A program made the translations under genes and the position numbers. Below the pieces are notes generated by a model. It made no database searches, was not told the origin of the DNA, and saw only the letters and a list, made by a program, of their open reading frames with translations. A stretch of DNA of 64,000 nucleotides from a virus (lineage: Duplodnaviria > Caudoviricetes): IMG/VR virus record IMGVR_UViG_3300032232_001064, positions 1 through 64,000 of that record. One strand, given 5' to 3'. Below are positions 9,392-17,929 of the stretch, piece by piece (positions within the stretch are counted from its first letter, which is position 1; every line of letters starts with the position of its first letter).

Positions 9392-10639
9392 TTACTTAGT
9401 TTCAAAGTACGTTTTACGCACGAAGGATCGACTGAATCCTTTGTCCGTTTCAAGCAGGTACTCGCGATCGCCGATCAACTGTCCTTGTGGCCCGTTGGGT
9501 TGGCCGTCAAGTGCGGCAACAGTTGCCTCGCCGATCCACGTAGCGGCCTGCACAGCAACGGCCTTACCCCATGTCGCGCCGAGGGCGGAGTAGTTCTTTG
9601 CCTCGACAAATGACCAATCGTCAGGAAGTCCTTGAATTCTTGCAGCCTCACGATGCGTGATGCGGCGTGGTAGCGTCGGATGGACGATATGGTCCATGGC
9701 TCCACCGGTTAGCACGTGACAGAATGAATCAGCATCCCAGCGAACAGCTGTCGAGAATCCAAGATAGAAATCCTTTCTACGAACTTTCTCTTCTTGACTA
9801 AGCCATGACTGCGGGAACTTGTCGCCGTTCTTTTCGACAGCTTGCTTAAGCGCGCCGGCAAGATCGACCATCGGACCCCACCCGTCATTGCCGATGATCT
9901 CAAAGATCTCGTCAATTCGTCTGGTGTCCATGCTGATCTTGTTCATGTGGCCGTCGACGATACCCGTTTTAGTCCGAAGGCCGGCAACAAATGGACTAGG
10001 CTCTGACTGGCCATAGCTTTGCGGCTCCCACTGGACTTCGAGGTTCTCGAGGTCGCCGATGATGTCTCTCATTCGAGGAATCTCGGTGGGATTCGTCACT
10101 GATGCGCCAAACGGCATTCCTTGCTCGACAGCTACCCAAAAATAGCGCATCCGGTATGAGAATCCACCGACCTGCAGGTTGTTGTGCTTTACGTGGTACA
10201 GGTCATACTTCTTACCTGACAGTTCTTCAAGCATGTTGCGATATTGAAGCATCACGGCGCGACCTTGCGTATACGCCTGCTGCACACACTCGAACACTAC
10301 GATCTTTGGCTTTACGCGAGCTGCGTAGCGCATGAATGCGCGCGTGTGCTCGTGCGCAGCCGAGTCAGGTCCGCGCTTATCAGCGCCTGACCACACAGAC
10401 CAGCCAGAACATGGTGGACATCCGATGACAGCGTCTACGTTTGCTGTGGGCCAGTCGTTCGGATCGTCACCAAACGCGGCACTCCAGTTGTCGCCCAGAT
10501 GATGTCTGTTCAACTCGGCGACAGGGTTGCCAAAGTTCAATGTCCCAGTGCGGAGCTGCATCTCCATGCCGGACTTGACAAAGCCAAGACTCATGAACGC
10601 AGCTAGTCCATTGCAGTCGATAAATGTGTGATCGCTCAT
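9392..10639 (-). CDS. DNA cytosine-C5 methyltransferase homolog with degenerate SAM-binding motifs
   Basis: Motif IV GCPPCSG, VI FECVQ, VIII SYRMRYFW, IX ITHREAARIQGLPDDW and X WGKAV present; motif I is DCNGLAAF rather than DxFxGxGG. Start moved to ATG 10639 (GGAG upstream; aligns with MTase N-terminus). Confidence 0.85.
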   Translation of the reverse strand: MSDHTFIDCNGLAAFMSLGFVKSGMEMQLRTGTLNFGNPVAELNRHHLGDNWSAAFGDDPNDWPTANVDAVIGCPPCSGWSVWSGADKRGPDSAAHEHTRAFMRYAARVKPKIVVFECVQQAYTQGRAVMLQYRNMLEELSGKKYDLYHVKHNNLQVGGFSYRMRYFWVAVEQGMPFGASVTNPTEIPRMRDIIGDLENLEVQWEPQSYGQSEPSPFVAGLRTKTGIVDGHMNKISMDTRRIDEIFEIIGNDGWGPMVDLAGALKQAVEKNGDKFPQSWLSQEEKVRRKDFYLGFSTAVRWDADSFCHVLTGGAMDHIVHPTLPRRITHREAARIQGLPDDWSFVEAKNYSALGATWGKAVAVQAATWIGEATVAALDGQPNGPQGQLIGDREYLLETDKGFSRSFVRKTYFETK

Positions 10640-10671
10640 TGCGTGCTCCGTATGCGGACGATGATACTTAC

Positions 10672-10680
10672 AACCTATCA
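10672..10680 (-). promoter_or_regulatory. Extended -10 promoter candidate (TGATAGGTT)
   Basis: TGnTAnnnT in the gap upstream of the MTase homolog. Confidence 0.35.
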
Positions 10681-10697
10681 TGGCCCGGGGGAGAACA

Positions 10698-11009
10698 TTA
10701 CATGAGCAGGCTGTTTTCCTTGATACCGACCTCGTAGCCGCACGCGGCGTATCCCGCAATGTCTGTCCAAGTGTCTGGCTGGAATCCAGCGCCCGCGGCG
10801 TATCTAGCCATCTTCACTCCGACCATCGCCATCGCAACATCTTCACGTGAAAACTTGCGATCGAATAGCACTGTCCAGATCCTGGCGATCTTTTCGAAGT
10901 TGTCCTCTGGCCCGCCGTACTGCTCATCACGTTGGCCAGAGATGATACGTGCAACTTCGAGTAGCATTTCCTCACGCGCACTTTTCTTGCTGACGGCTGG
11001 CTTTGTCAT
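10698..11009 (-). CDS. DUF6378-like all-alpha (NTP-pyrophosphatase-like) protein
   Basis: 'R.EQYG.PEDNF..IA..W...DVAM.M..VKMAR...DTW.DIAGYAA' pattern. Confidence 0.75.
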   Translation of the reverse strand: MTKPAVSKKSAREEMLLEVARIISGQRDEQYGGPEDNFEKIARIWTVLFDRKFSREDVAMAMVGVKMARYAAGAGFQPDTWTDIAGYAACGYEVGIKENSLLM

Positions 11010-11227
11010 ACTGGCCGCACCTTTGGGTCAACCTTAATTCGTGCTACATACGAGATCCTGTACATCGGCGGATCGTATTTTGAAGATTCGCGTGTGAGGT
11101 GCATTTCAGCGTCAGTTGGCAGCATCGCGGTTTCATCATCTACGATTACGCGCCACTCTTCAACGAGAGCCTTGATCGCTTCGTCCATAGTCGCGCCCGT
11201 TTCTTCGATTGTCACCGTGACTCTCAT
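11006..11227 (-). CDS. Hypothetical protein (73 aa)
   Basis: 4-nt overlaps with both neighbours. Confidence 0.6.
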   Translation of the reverse strand: MRVTVTIEETGATMDEAIKALVEEWRVIVDDETAMLPTDAEMHLTRESSKYDPPMYRISYVARIKVDPKVRPV

Positions 11228-11442
11228 GATCCGCTTTCCTCTTCGTATTCCGCTAGATCTTTGAACATGGCGCTGTCCCCAAATCCAAGGCGCCGGTAGT
11301 CAAGGCCGCCGTCGACAAACACCCGTGTCTGCGAATCTGGCGGGCAACTGCACGTGACGAAATCGTGAACATGCTTGGATTCGATCGTTGTGTTGCAGTG
11401 AGCACAGTGAACTGCGTTGCGCTTTAGACGGCGACTACTCAT
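11224..11442 (-). CDS. Small Cys/His-rich zinc-binding protein (DUF7695-like)
   Basis: 'CAHCNTTIESKHVHDFVTCSC...VDGG.DY.R' pattern. Confidence 0.7.
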   Translation of the reverse strand: MSSRRLKRNAVHCAHCNTTIESKHVHDFVTCSCPPDSQTRVFVDGGLDYRRLGFGDSAMFKDLAEYEEESGS

Positions 11443-11684
11443 AGTTCTGCTACTTTCTTTTCAAGCCGGTACGGAGCATGTCGCGCACCGGATACGTAGG
11501 GAAGTCTTAGGTCAATTGTCGTGACGTGTACATCGCCGTCTTTTACGTCGATCACTCGGACAAGCCGCCCGTTGTGTATCTTTCCGGCCGCGGTTTTATA
11601 AGCATCGAACTTTACGCGGAGAACGTCACCGGTTTTAAGGTCACTGGCCGAAACATCAGCCCACAAGGAGTTCACAGCGCTCAT
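11439..11684 (-). CDS. Hypothetical SH3/Tudor-like small protein
   Basis: 'LKTGDVLRV...GRLVRVIDVKDGDVHV'; start at ATGA overlap with the upstream gene. Confidence 0.55.
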   Translation of the reverse strand: MSAVNSLWADVSASDLKTGDVLRVKFDAYKTAAGKIHNGRLVRVIDVKDGDVHVTTIDLRLPYVSGARHAPYRLEKKVAEL

Positions 11685-12154
11685 CGCTGAGGACACTGCA
11701 CTTCAGTGCACGCTGACGTGTCATAGTCGTCGAGAGCCCGAGCGCACTGTGCGCACTTCATTCCTGTATCAAGAACTCGGTATCCCTTTTTCTGTCGATC
11801 AGCGTTGAGCTGCATCTTGTTCAAGTATGCGAGGTCAAGTTCGTCGTCTGTTGCGCCAGCTGCGCACAGAATGTTCGCGACAAAGTGCAGAACATCGACG
11901 CATTCTTTGAGGATTTCACGACGATCGGCGTACGGGTCGTCGTGCTGCCACGGCTTCCAAGAAATTGCCTTACGCACCTCGGCAAGTTCGTCGTCAATGG
12001 CAAGCATGTTCCAACGAATATACTCGATGAGTGCGCGAAGATTTTCTGGTTCGTCGCTGTGAAAGACTGTGTAATCGACTCCGTAGGCTGTTTGCTGCAA
12101 CTTTCGCGTAGCGTCTAGCCACTTGTGAAACAGGTAGTTGTTTGTCTCGCTCAA
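11681..12154 (-). CDS. Dimeric dUTPase/dCTPase-like (MazG superfamily) pyrophosphatase with C-terminal Cys cluster
   Basis: 'DELAE.....WKPW.....EILKECVDVLHF.AN' motif; 'N..RQ..GY' end; C-terminal CxxC..C..C. Confidence 0.8.
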   Translation of the reverse strand: MSETNNYLFHKWLDATRKLQQTAYGVDYTVFHSDEPENLRALIEYIRWNMLAIDDELAEVRKAISWKPWQHDDPYADRREILKECVDVLHFVANILCAAGATDDELDLAYLNKMQLNADRQKKGYRVLDTGMKCAQCARALDDYDTSACTEVQCPQR

Positions 12155-13161
12155 AACCCTAGCTCCTTGATCAATGCTTCGACAGAGTCATCGACCTTAG
12201 GCGTCGATGATAGAAAATCTTTTCGTTGCGCCATGGCGATCTCGAACCTGTCGATCTGTGACATGTCCTCGATGGTTGACGGTAAGCACGTCCATGATTC
12301 GCCAAGCCAGCTCGCCGACCGCCAGTCGGTCGCTACGACAGTGCCGGTGTTTACAGCTTGGATCATGCGAGGATTCCACCATAAAAGCCCTCCGTCGCTC
12401 GGAGCAATCATAACACCAGAGCACGTCAAAAGCCGTGCCTCAATGGCGTCATCAATCTCACCTTTGTGTTCTTTGGCCGGCATCCAATTCCAAGTGAGCC
12501 CGTGTTTCACAGTCTCGAACCACTTTGACTTCGGCGTGTCGACGCACCAGAATGGACTTCTACCTCCTGGCAAAAAGCCACCGCCGACCTTGACTAACGC
12601 GGCGTCGACGTTGATAGCAACCACGGACGACGGGTCAGCATCAATACGTCTAGCGACATCAGTGTTGCTTACGCCAACAGACGCCGGAAAGATTGTTCGC
12701 GGCGTCCAACCAGTAAGCATTCGCGCGGCTGTCCAGTCGAGTCGCGCGCGTAGCTCGGTATCATCGAGAACGGCGCCATAGCCCTTTCTAGCGCGGTAGA
12801 GAGGCTTGACAAGATTGTCTGGCACACGATTTATCGCGCGAAAACTGGCCGGGATTTTGTCTGGGTCCGGTGCGTCAATCAGTAGCCGCAACTTCTCGCT
12901 ATAGAAAAGAGAGTCTATTACGCTAAGTGCACCGTAGGCGTTGTTTGCACTAAGACTCAGGACTGGCGATACTCCAACAATGACAGAGTCGTACTCGTCG
13001 AATTCCGTAGCGTCTTTTGCAATCCACGGTTCACGATGATCGACTTCAATGTCTGCTTTTTGAAGTAACTTGGCGACAGCACCAGAGAATGTAGCATTCC
13101 TCTTTGCCAAACGTGCAGATGTCTGAGGAGCTGCCATTCCGGTGATAAGAACTTTTTTCAT
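12151..13161 (-). CDS. GT-B glycosyltransferase-like protein resembling T4 beta-glucosyltransferase
   Basis: N-terminal 'KVLITGM', 'EFDEYDSVIV', 'LLIDAP', C-terminal 'WWNPRMIQAVNTGTVVATD', read by eye as parallel to T4 BGT motifs. Confidence 0.6.
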   Translation of the reverse strand: MKKVLITGMAAPQTSARLAKRNATFSGAVAKLLQKADIEVDHREPWIAKDATEFDEYDSVIVGVSPVLSLSANNAYGALSVIDSLFYSEKLRLLIDAPDPDKIPASFRAINRVPDNLVKPLYRARKGYGAVLDDTELRARLDWTAARMLTGWTPRTIFPASVGVSNTDVARRIDADPSSVVAINVDAALVKVGGGFLPGGRSPFWCVDTPKSKWFETVKHGLTWNWMPAKEHKGEIDDAIEARLLTCSGVMIAPSDGGLLWWNPRMIQAVNTGTVVATDWRSASWLGESWTCLPSTIEDMSQIDRFEIAMAQRKDFLSSTPKVDDSVEALIKELGF

Positions 13162-13901
13162 TACGCGTTGTCATTCTGTTGTTGGATATAGACAGACGGG
13201 ATTCCTACATCAAATGCCTCAACGTCAAACAGTGACGTGTCGACGCTCATGATTTGGTCAAGGTGCGGACCGATCTTAATTTCTGCACCGTCATTTGTGA
13301 TGTGACTATTCAGAAACGCGCGAGAAAGCACACTCGAGGCGACCTCAGTGTCGAATACGAGTGGTCCGCACCAGACTACAGATTCGCGAGTGAGTGGCCA
13401 GACATCTTCTTGGTTGATTTCAACGCCTTCAACGTATGAGTACAGTCCGCTAGGACGCAGCCTGACTCTCGTGAACCTAGCTGCCTTGTCAAGCTCGACA
13501 TACCTGATCCCGACGGCGTCACAGTCCGTTCTTCTTACAGTGTCGGCCATTTCTACAATGGTGTCGGTATTCATGATGTTGTCGCTCATCAAAAGCATCG
13601 TCTTTTTCGAAAGAACTTGTTCAATCCCGAGCATCGCTGCATGGCCAGGGCCAAATGGATGCTCTTGAACTATGGTCGAAACCCAGGGACCGTATTCTGC
13701 AGTGATCTGCTCAATGTCGTCGGCGTTGCTCGGCGAAACAACAATGGTCACATGGTCTACTTGCGCGGCGTCAGCGTATTGAATTGCGTATTTCAGTAGC
13801 GGAATGCCGTTCAATTCAAGAAGTGGCTTAAAGAATGGCTTTGCTAGTCCTTCCATCCGTTGACCACGACCTGCCGCAAGTATTACTGCTTCCAATGCCA
13901 T
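13161..13901 (-). CDS. Sugar-phosphate nucleotidyltransferase (NTP_transferase)
   Basis: 'VILAAGRGQRM...KPLLELNGIPLL', 'QEHP.GPGHA', 'MSDN' motifs. Confidence 0.85.
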   Translation of the reverse strand: MALEAVILAAGRGQRMEGLAKPFFKPLLELNGIPLLKYAIQYADAAQVDHVTIVVSPSNADDIEQITAEYGPWVSTIVQEHPFGPGHAAMLGIEQVLSKKTMLLMSDNIMNTDTIVEMADTVRRTDCDAVGIRYVELDKAARFTRVRLRPSGLYSYVEGVEINQEDVWPLTRESVVWCGPLVFDTEVASSVLSRAFLNSHITNDGAEIKIGPHLDQIMSVDTSLFDVEAFDVGIPSVYIQQQNDNA

Positions 13902-14401
13902 TCCTGCTTTGCCCAGATAAAGTCCCAGCCTGCAAGCATTGCAGGCCTGTGACCCTCGATCCTGTCGTCGACGTACGTTCCAGTGTCGCTGATGTTTTGC
14001 ATGATCATGAGCCGGTCGTCTGTCGAGATGCTCGACGCGAGTAGCGCATGGTGGTCTAATCCCAGTTCCGACAGGATGGTCTTAGCGACCTCCTGGGTTG
14101 CACCAGTCACATAAAAGACCTGAGTGTCGTTGCGCTGTTCGAGCGCGGCCATGATCTGCGCGAAAGGAAGAGCATTTCGCTTGACTGCGCCGCTCTTCAG
14201 TACCTTTACGTACTCGCGTGTCTTTGTCGCATGGAGTTGCTCAGCGAGTTCATACGAGCCAACCGCACCTGGCAGCCACGTGTTCCACGGATGACCCCAA
14301 GCTTCGAGCGGCATGTCAACGCCGATGTGCTTGTACGATTCGCGCACAAGTTCACGTGAGTCAATGAGAACGCCGTCAATGTCTGAACACCAATACTTCA
14401 T
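13883..14401 (-). CDS. HAD-superfamily phosphatase
   Basis: Motif I 'DIDGVL', motif II 'VTG', motif IV 'YVDD'. Confidence 0.85.
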   Translation of the reverse strand: MKYWCSDIDGVLIDSRELVRESYKHIGVDMPLEAWGHPWNTWLPGAVGSYELAEQLHATKTREYVKVLKSGAVKRNALPFAQIMAALEQRNDTQVFYVTGATQEVAKTILSELGLDHHALLASSISTDDRLMIMQNISDTGTYVDDRIEGHRPAMLAGWDFIWAKQEWHWKQ

Positions 14402-14403
14402 TT

Positions 14404-15171
14404 TTATCTCCGTTCAATCGCTCTATCGAGAACAGAAAGCACAGATTTTACCGAGTTCGGCATGTTCTGAATGACGTATGGAAGAGCACGAACCACGTGG
14501 ATAGTCGCCCACGCTTCGCCGACTGCGAAAAGCTCATCATCGGCTATCGCCTTTTTGAGATCTCGCCTTGTAAAGGCTGAAAAACCGGTTGCGTACTTGG
14601 CGTGCTCCCAACCGCACGCGCTTTGCAGCATTTTTCCGATGTCGACAGCCGGTGAATCCGGGACTACCTCAGTTGCTTGGATTGGATCAATGAGAACTTT
14701 ACCAAAGCCTGGTCTGTACATCACGTTTTCAGCTGTCGGATCGCCGTGCGTCAATGCGTGGTGCATCTCAAATGCGCCGGCGGCTGCTGTCTCTGCGTCA
14801 CTCAGTATCTGACTTTTTGTTGTGTCTGAAATTATACCACTTAGCCACGTATCTATCGTGATCTGCATCTTCTCGAGAAGTAGACCAAGAGTCGACTGTG
14901 TAGGTGGTGCGACCGGAGGTTGAATCCAAACGTAGCTACGAAGCATCTCGACCATCTCGCTCGGATCAACTTCCCAGTAGTCGATGAACTCTAGCTTTTC
15001 CATGATGTATCCATCGGAAAGAAGAGCATAGACATGGGGAAACATTGAACCGACGCTATGTATGACGATCCACTCGCCCTGCGCGCGCGTTCTTGCGCCG
15101 TCGCCGCCTTGCTTGGTGACGGTGTGTCCGTCGCCGTTATTGGTGACTACCGCGCCGGACAATCCTCTCAT
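14404..15171 (-). CDS. APH/choline-kinase-like small-molecule kinase
   Basis: Brenner motif 'HGDPTAENV', 'LIDP', 'DIGKMLQS'. Confidence 0.85.
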   Translation of the reverse strand: MRGLSGAVVTNNGDGHTVTKQGGDGARTRAQGEWIVIHSVGSMFPHVYALLSDGYIMEKLEFIDYWEVDPSEMVEMLRSYVWIQPPVAPPTQSTLGLLLEKMQITIDTWLSGIISDTTKSQILSDAETAAAGAFEMHHALTHGDPTAENVMYRPGFGKVLIDPIQATEVVPDSPAVDIGKMLQSACGWEHAKYATGFSAFTRRDLKKAIADDELFAVGEAWATIHVVRALPYVIQNMPNSVKSVLSVLDRAIERR

Positions 15172-16409
15172 GAGAACGCACTCTCGATCATCACCTCAGC
15201 GGTCTTTCGAGGATCGTTTCTTGTGCGAAGAACTTCGCGGTTGTGCTGCGCGATTGCGATGTGGTCAGCTTCTGGGATTTCAAGGCATGTCTGAAATGCG
15301 TCAGCGCACTTCTTGATTACCTCTATTCCTTCGTCTTTTACAAGACGACCCTGCGTCGGGGAACCTTTATACCAGTCGAGCACCATCATACGGAACTGAG
15401 AATCTGAAAGGTGGCCGGGCACGATACAGAGTGCGCCGGCATCTGCGGCCTCAAGCGTCGAGTATTCGACAAGCCCGCGCGCGAAATTGTGCGCGGTCAA
15501 ATTCATGTGAACGCGGAACCGCTGAGCGATCTTTGACGAATCAACATAGTTCCCGAGGTACCGAACAAGCGCGTGACCTTCGACACGCGCATCCCACGGA
15601 TACGGCGTGATGATATTGCCGTCGGTTCGTTCAGTCTCTGTATCGAGATTCTTGTGATAACGAAGCACCTTCGCGCCAAAGTGTTCTCTAAGAAGTTCAT
15701 AGACGATGAACGTCGGCGACGGGCCAAGTCCGACAGAGCATGATCCCCAGACCTCAACGGTGACGTCTGGGTCTAGGAACACGCCGGTCATAGCGACAAC
15801 AGGCTGCCCCTTGTTGTAGATAAACCGGCCTGACGTGCCAACGATCTTTTCGCGCTGGACCGGGGCGTCGATCTCGAACTTCGGGATATAGGGCATAGGA
15901 CCCTTAATCCAATCGACAGCCTTGAAAATGTCATTGCTATAGAGCGCAGAATCTTCGCTCATCGTGACAAGCTTGGTCCCACGCGATGGCGACTCAAGAA
16001 GCTTCGCAACGAACGGCACATCTTTGTCCGGGTAGAACGAACCGTGCAGCGACGTTGTCCACGGGGTCTTGGTCCGTAGGAGCGCGTCGACGTACTCAGG
16101 CAACGCGCCGCCACCTGCCTTTATCGCGGTCTTGTCGTGAAGCGGGATCTTAATTTCTGGAAGTACAACCATGTCATAGGTGTCAAGGCATTGAACAATG
16201 TCGACTGTTTTGACTGTGACGTCGGGAGCTTCACTCCACCACCGTCCACCAGGCTGTGGCTTTCCCCACGACGAACGCGCACGACCACTCTTCGTGTACG
16301 ACACGACATCTGCTTCGTGACCAAGTGCCTTGAATCCGTAACGCAGACGAAACGCCCACGCCGTCGGTCCCTTTACTCCAGGCTCTGGCTCAAGAATAGC
16401 GACTTTCAT
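15168..16409 (-). CDS. GT-B glycosyltransferase resembling T4 alpha-glucosyltransferase
   Basis: N-terminal 'GPT.WA..LR..F...GHEADVV' and C-terminal 'VEYSTLEAADAGALC', matching by eye T4 AGT 'G.T.F......GHEV' and 'LEY..LE..ACG'. Confidence 0.7.
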   Translation of the reverse strand: MKVAILEPEPGVKGPTAWAFRLRYGFKALGHEADVVSYTKSGRARSSWGKPQPGGRWWSEAPDVTVKTVDIVQCLDTYDMVVLPEIKIPLHDKTAIKAGGGALPEYVDALLRTKTPWTTSLHGSFYPDKDVPFVAKLLESPSRGTKLVTMSEDSALYSNDIFKAVDWIKGPMPYIPKFEIDAPVQREKIVGTSGRFIYNKGQPVVAMTGVFLDPDVTVEVWGSCSVGLGPSPTFIVYELLREHFGAKVLRYHKNLDTETERTDGNIITPYPWDARVEGHALVRYLGNYVDSSKIAQRFRVHMNLTAHNFARGLVEYSTLEAADAGALCIVPGHLSDSQFRMMVLDWYKGSPTQGRLVKDEGIEVIKKCADAFQTCLEIPEADHIAIAQHNREVLRTRNDPRKTAEVMIESAFS

Positions 16410-16444
16410 TCCATCTCCAAAACGTCTTTATCTCTTCAGTGTGT

Positions 16445-16453
16445 AAGCTATCA
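16445..16453 (-). promoter_or_regulatory. Extended -10 promoter candidate (TGATAGCTT)
   Basis: TGnTAnnnT upstream of the AGT-like gene, downstream of a hairpin. Confidence 0.35.
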
Positions 16454-16491
16454 CGGATTGATTGGCGAATCATGCAAAGCTCGCCAAAATG

Positions 16492-16539
16492 CAACGTGGA
16501 GGGCGTACTCGTTTGCACGAGCAGAGGCCCTCCACGTTG
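16492..16539 (-). terminator. Hairpin/terminator after the SSB-like gene
   Basis: 13-bp inverted repeat caacgtggagggc/gccctccacgttg with inner ctcgt-GCAA-acgag stem-loop (minus strand), followed by CATTTT. Confidence 0.6.
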
Positions 16540-16555
16540 ACTGGGTGTTCTTGGC

Positions 16556-17134
16556 TCAGAACGGAGCGCTGGGCGGAGTGTCGCCTGCAGCCGCCGGCTG
16601 CTCGGCAACTGCCTCAACGACAGGTGCAGGGGCCGGTGCAGGGGCCGGTGCGGGTGCCGGTGCAGGGGCCGGTGCGGGTGCCGGTGCAGGCGCAGGAGCG
16701 GGTGCCGCTGCAGCCACAGTGCCGGCTGCCGTTGTGGCGTAGTACGCCTTGACCTCGTTCTTCTTCTGTCCCTGCCACACACGGCTGCCGACCTGTGCGC
16801 GGAACGAGCGTCCCTTGAGCGCCTGCTCGATCTGAGCGTTGGTCGGGTTGGTCGAGAAGAATTCACGACCCAGGCCGAGTGCGCCCATCTTGCGGAAGAA
16901 AATGCCGAGCGCGTTGGGGTTGTCGGTCGAGACGACCAGGTTGTCCCACACGAGGCGCTTGGCGTGCGCGCCGGTGAGGACCTGCGCCTTGATGGCGAAC
17001 ATCGTCTTGCCGGTCTGTGTCTGCTTGGCGGTTGCCTCCATGATTGTGAGGTCGTAGTCGCCGTCGGGCAGCGGATCATAGCTGCCGACGTCGCCTGCGT
17101 CCTTGATGAGGTCGCCCCAGTTGAGTGTGCTCAT
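16556..17134 (-). CDS. DUF669-like ssDNA-binding protein
   Basis: 'YDPLPDGDY.L.I..A','R.VWDNL', OB-fold-like core, (Ala-Pro)n linker, C-terminal ...DTPPSAPF tail. Confidence 0.75.
   Translation of the reverse strand: MSTLNWGDLIKDAGDVGSYDPLPDGDYDLTIMEATAKQTQTGKTMFAIKAQVLTGAHAKRLVWDNLVVSTDNPNALGIFFRKMGALGLGREFFSTNPTNAQIEQALKGRSFRAQVGSRVWQGQKKNEVKAYYATTAAGTVAAAAPAPAPAPAPAPAPAPAPAPAPAPAPAPVVEAVAEQPAAAGDTPPSAPF
16622..16706 (-). repeat. (Ala-Pro) dipeptide tandem repeat, about 14 copies
   Basis: GCN-CCN hexamer array. Confidence 0.9.
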
Positions 17135-17158
17135 TGGAATGTGTCTTTCTCTTGTTGC

Positions 17159-17929
17159 TTACTTGGACTTTGCTGTGGACGTGGGCGCCGCTGCGCGGGG
17201 CCCGAAGACGATGTCGAGCATGTTTTCGACACCGAGATTTTGCTGCTCTACGATCTTACCGAGCCTGCCTTGAACGCGCTCACCGGCTTCATACTGCGCA
17301 GTGCGCTCGACGTACATGCGTCGTGCCTTGTACGGCGGTTGCGTCGGGTCCTGGCTCGGAAATTCCTCGACGGACAGAGCGCCAAGGATATCATAGAAGT
17401 AGGGCGCCTGGATCGCAAGCTGTCCCTGAAGATACGGACGATACCGACCGTCCTGGCCTTGACGCGCCATGGCTGTTAGCACGACTGCCTCGAGCGGGTT
17501 GACAGGGTGCATCGTGAGGTCACGAAGATCGCGAAGAAGAGCACCCATGTGACGAAGAAGTTCGCCCCACTGCTGCATCTGCATCTGATTCTTGCCGGCG
17601 ATGTTGTCAACGCACTTGACCTGAAGCTCTGACACTGAGTCGATGATCAACGACTTGAACTGATGCTTGCCCAGCTGCAGCCACTGGTACGCCTTGAGCA
17701 CCGTGTCATACTGCGTGACGTTCACGACGCAAGTGTCCCAGGTGCCGTCAGCGACGGGCGGTTCCTCGCGAAGCGGGTCCCAGTACTTGACGTTGATCGG
17801 CAAGAACCGGTGTCCACCTTCCACGTCGAGCATCAGCCGAGGATACGGAGCTGTGACCGCAAATGTCGACTTACCGACCTTGGATTCACCGTAGACCATG
17901 ATGGTCAACGATCTCTGTACTTCTGCCAT
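17159..17929 (-). CDS. Sak4/AAA_24-like P-loop ATPase (recombination)
   Basis: Walker A 'YGESKVGKST', 'LDVEGG', Walker B 'LIIDS'. Confidence 0.8.
   Translation of the reverse strand: MAEVQRSLTIMVYGESKVGKSTFAVTAPYPRLMLDVEGGHRFLPINVKYWDPLREEPPVADGTWDTCVVNVTQYDTVLKAYQWLQLGKHQFKSLIIDSVSELQVKCVDNIAGKNQMQMQQWGELLRHMGALLRDLRDLTMHPVNPLEAVVLTAMARQGQDGRYRPYLQGQLAIQAPYFYDILGALSVEEFPSQDPTQPPYKARRMYVERTAQYEAGERVQGRLGKIVEQQNLGVENMLDIVFGPRAAAPTSTAKSK

Noticed and set aside
9392-10759. ORF-track start at 10759 for the MTase homolog
   Set aside because: The extra 40 aa overlap the upstream gene and a promoter-like element; ATG 10639 has an RBS and aligns with the MTase N-terminus.
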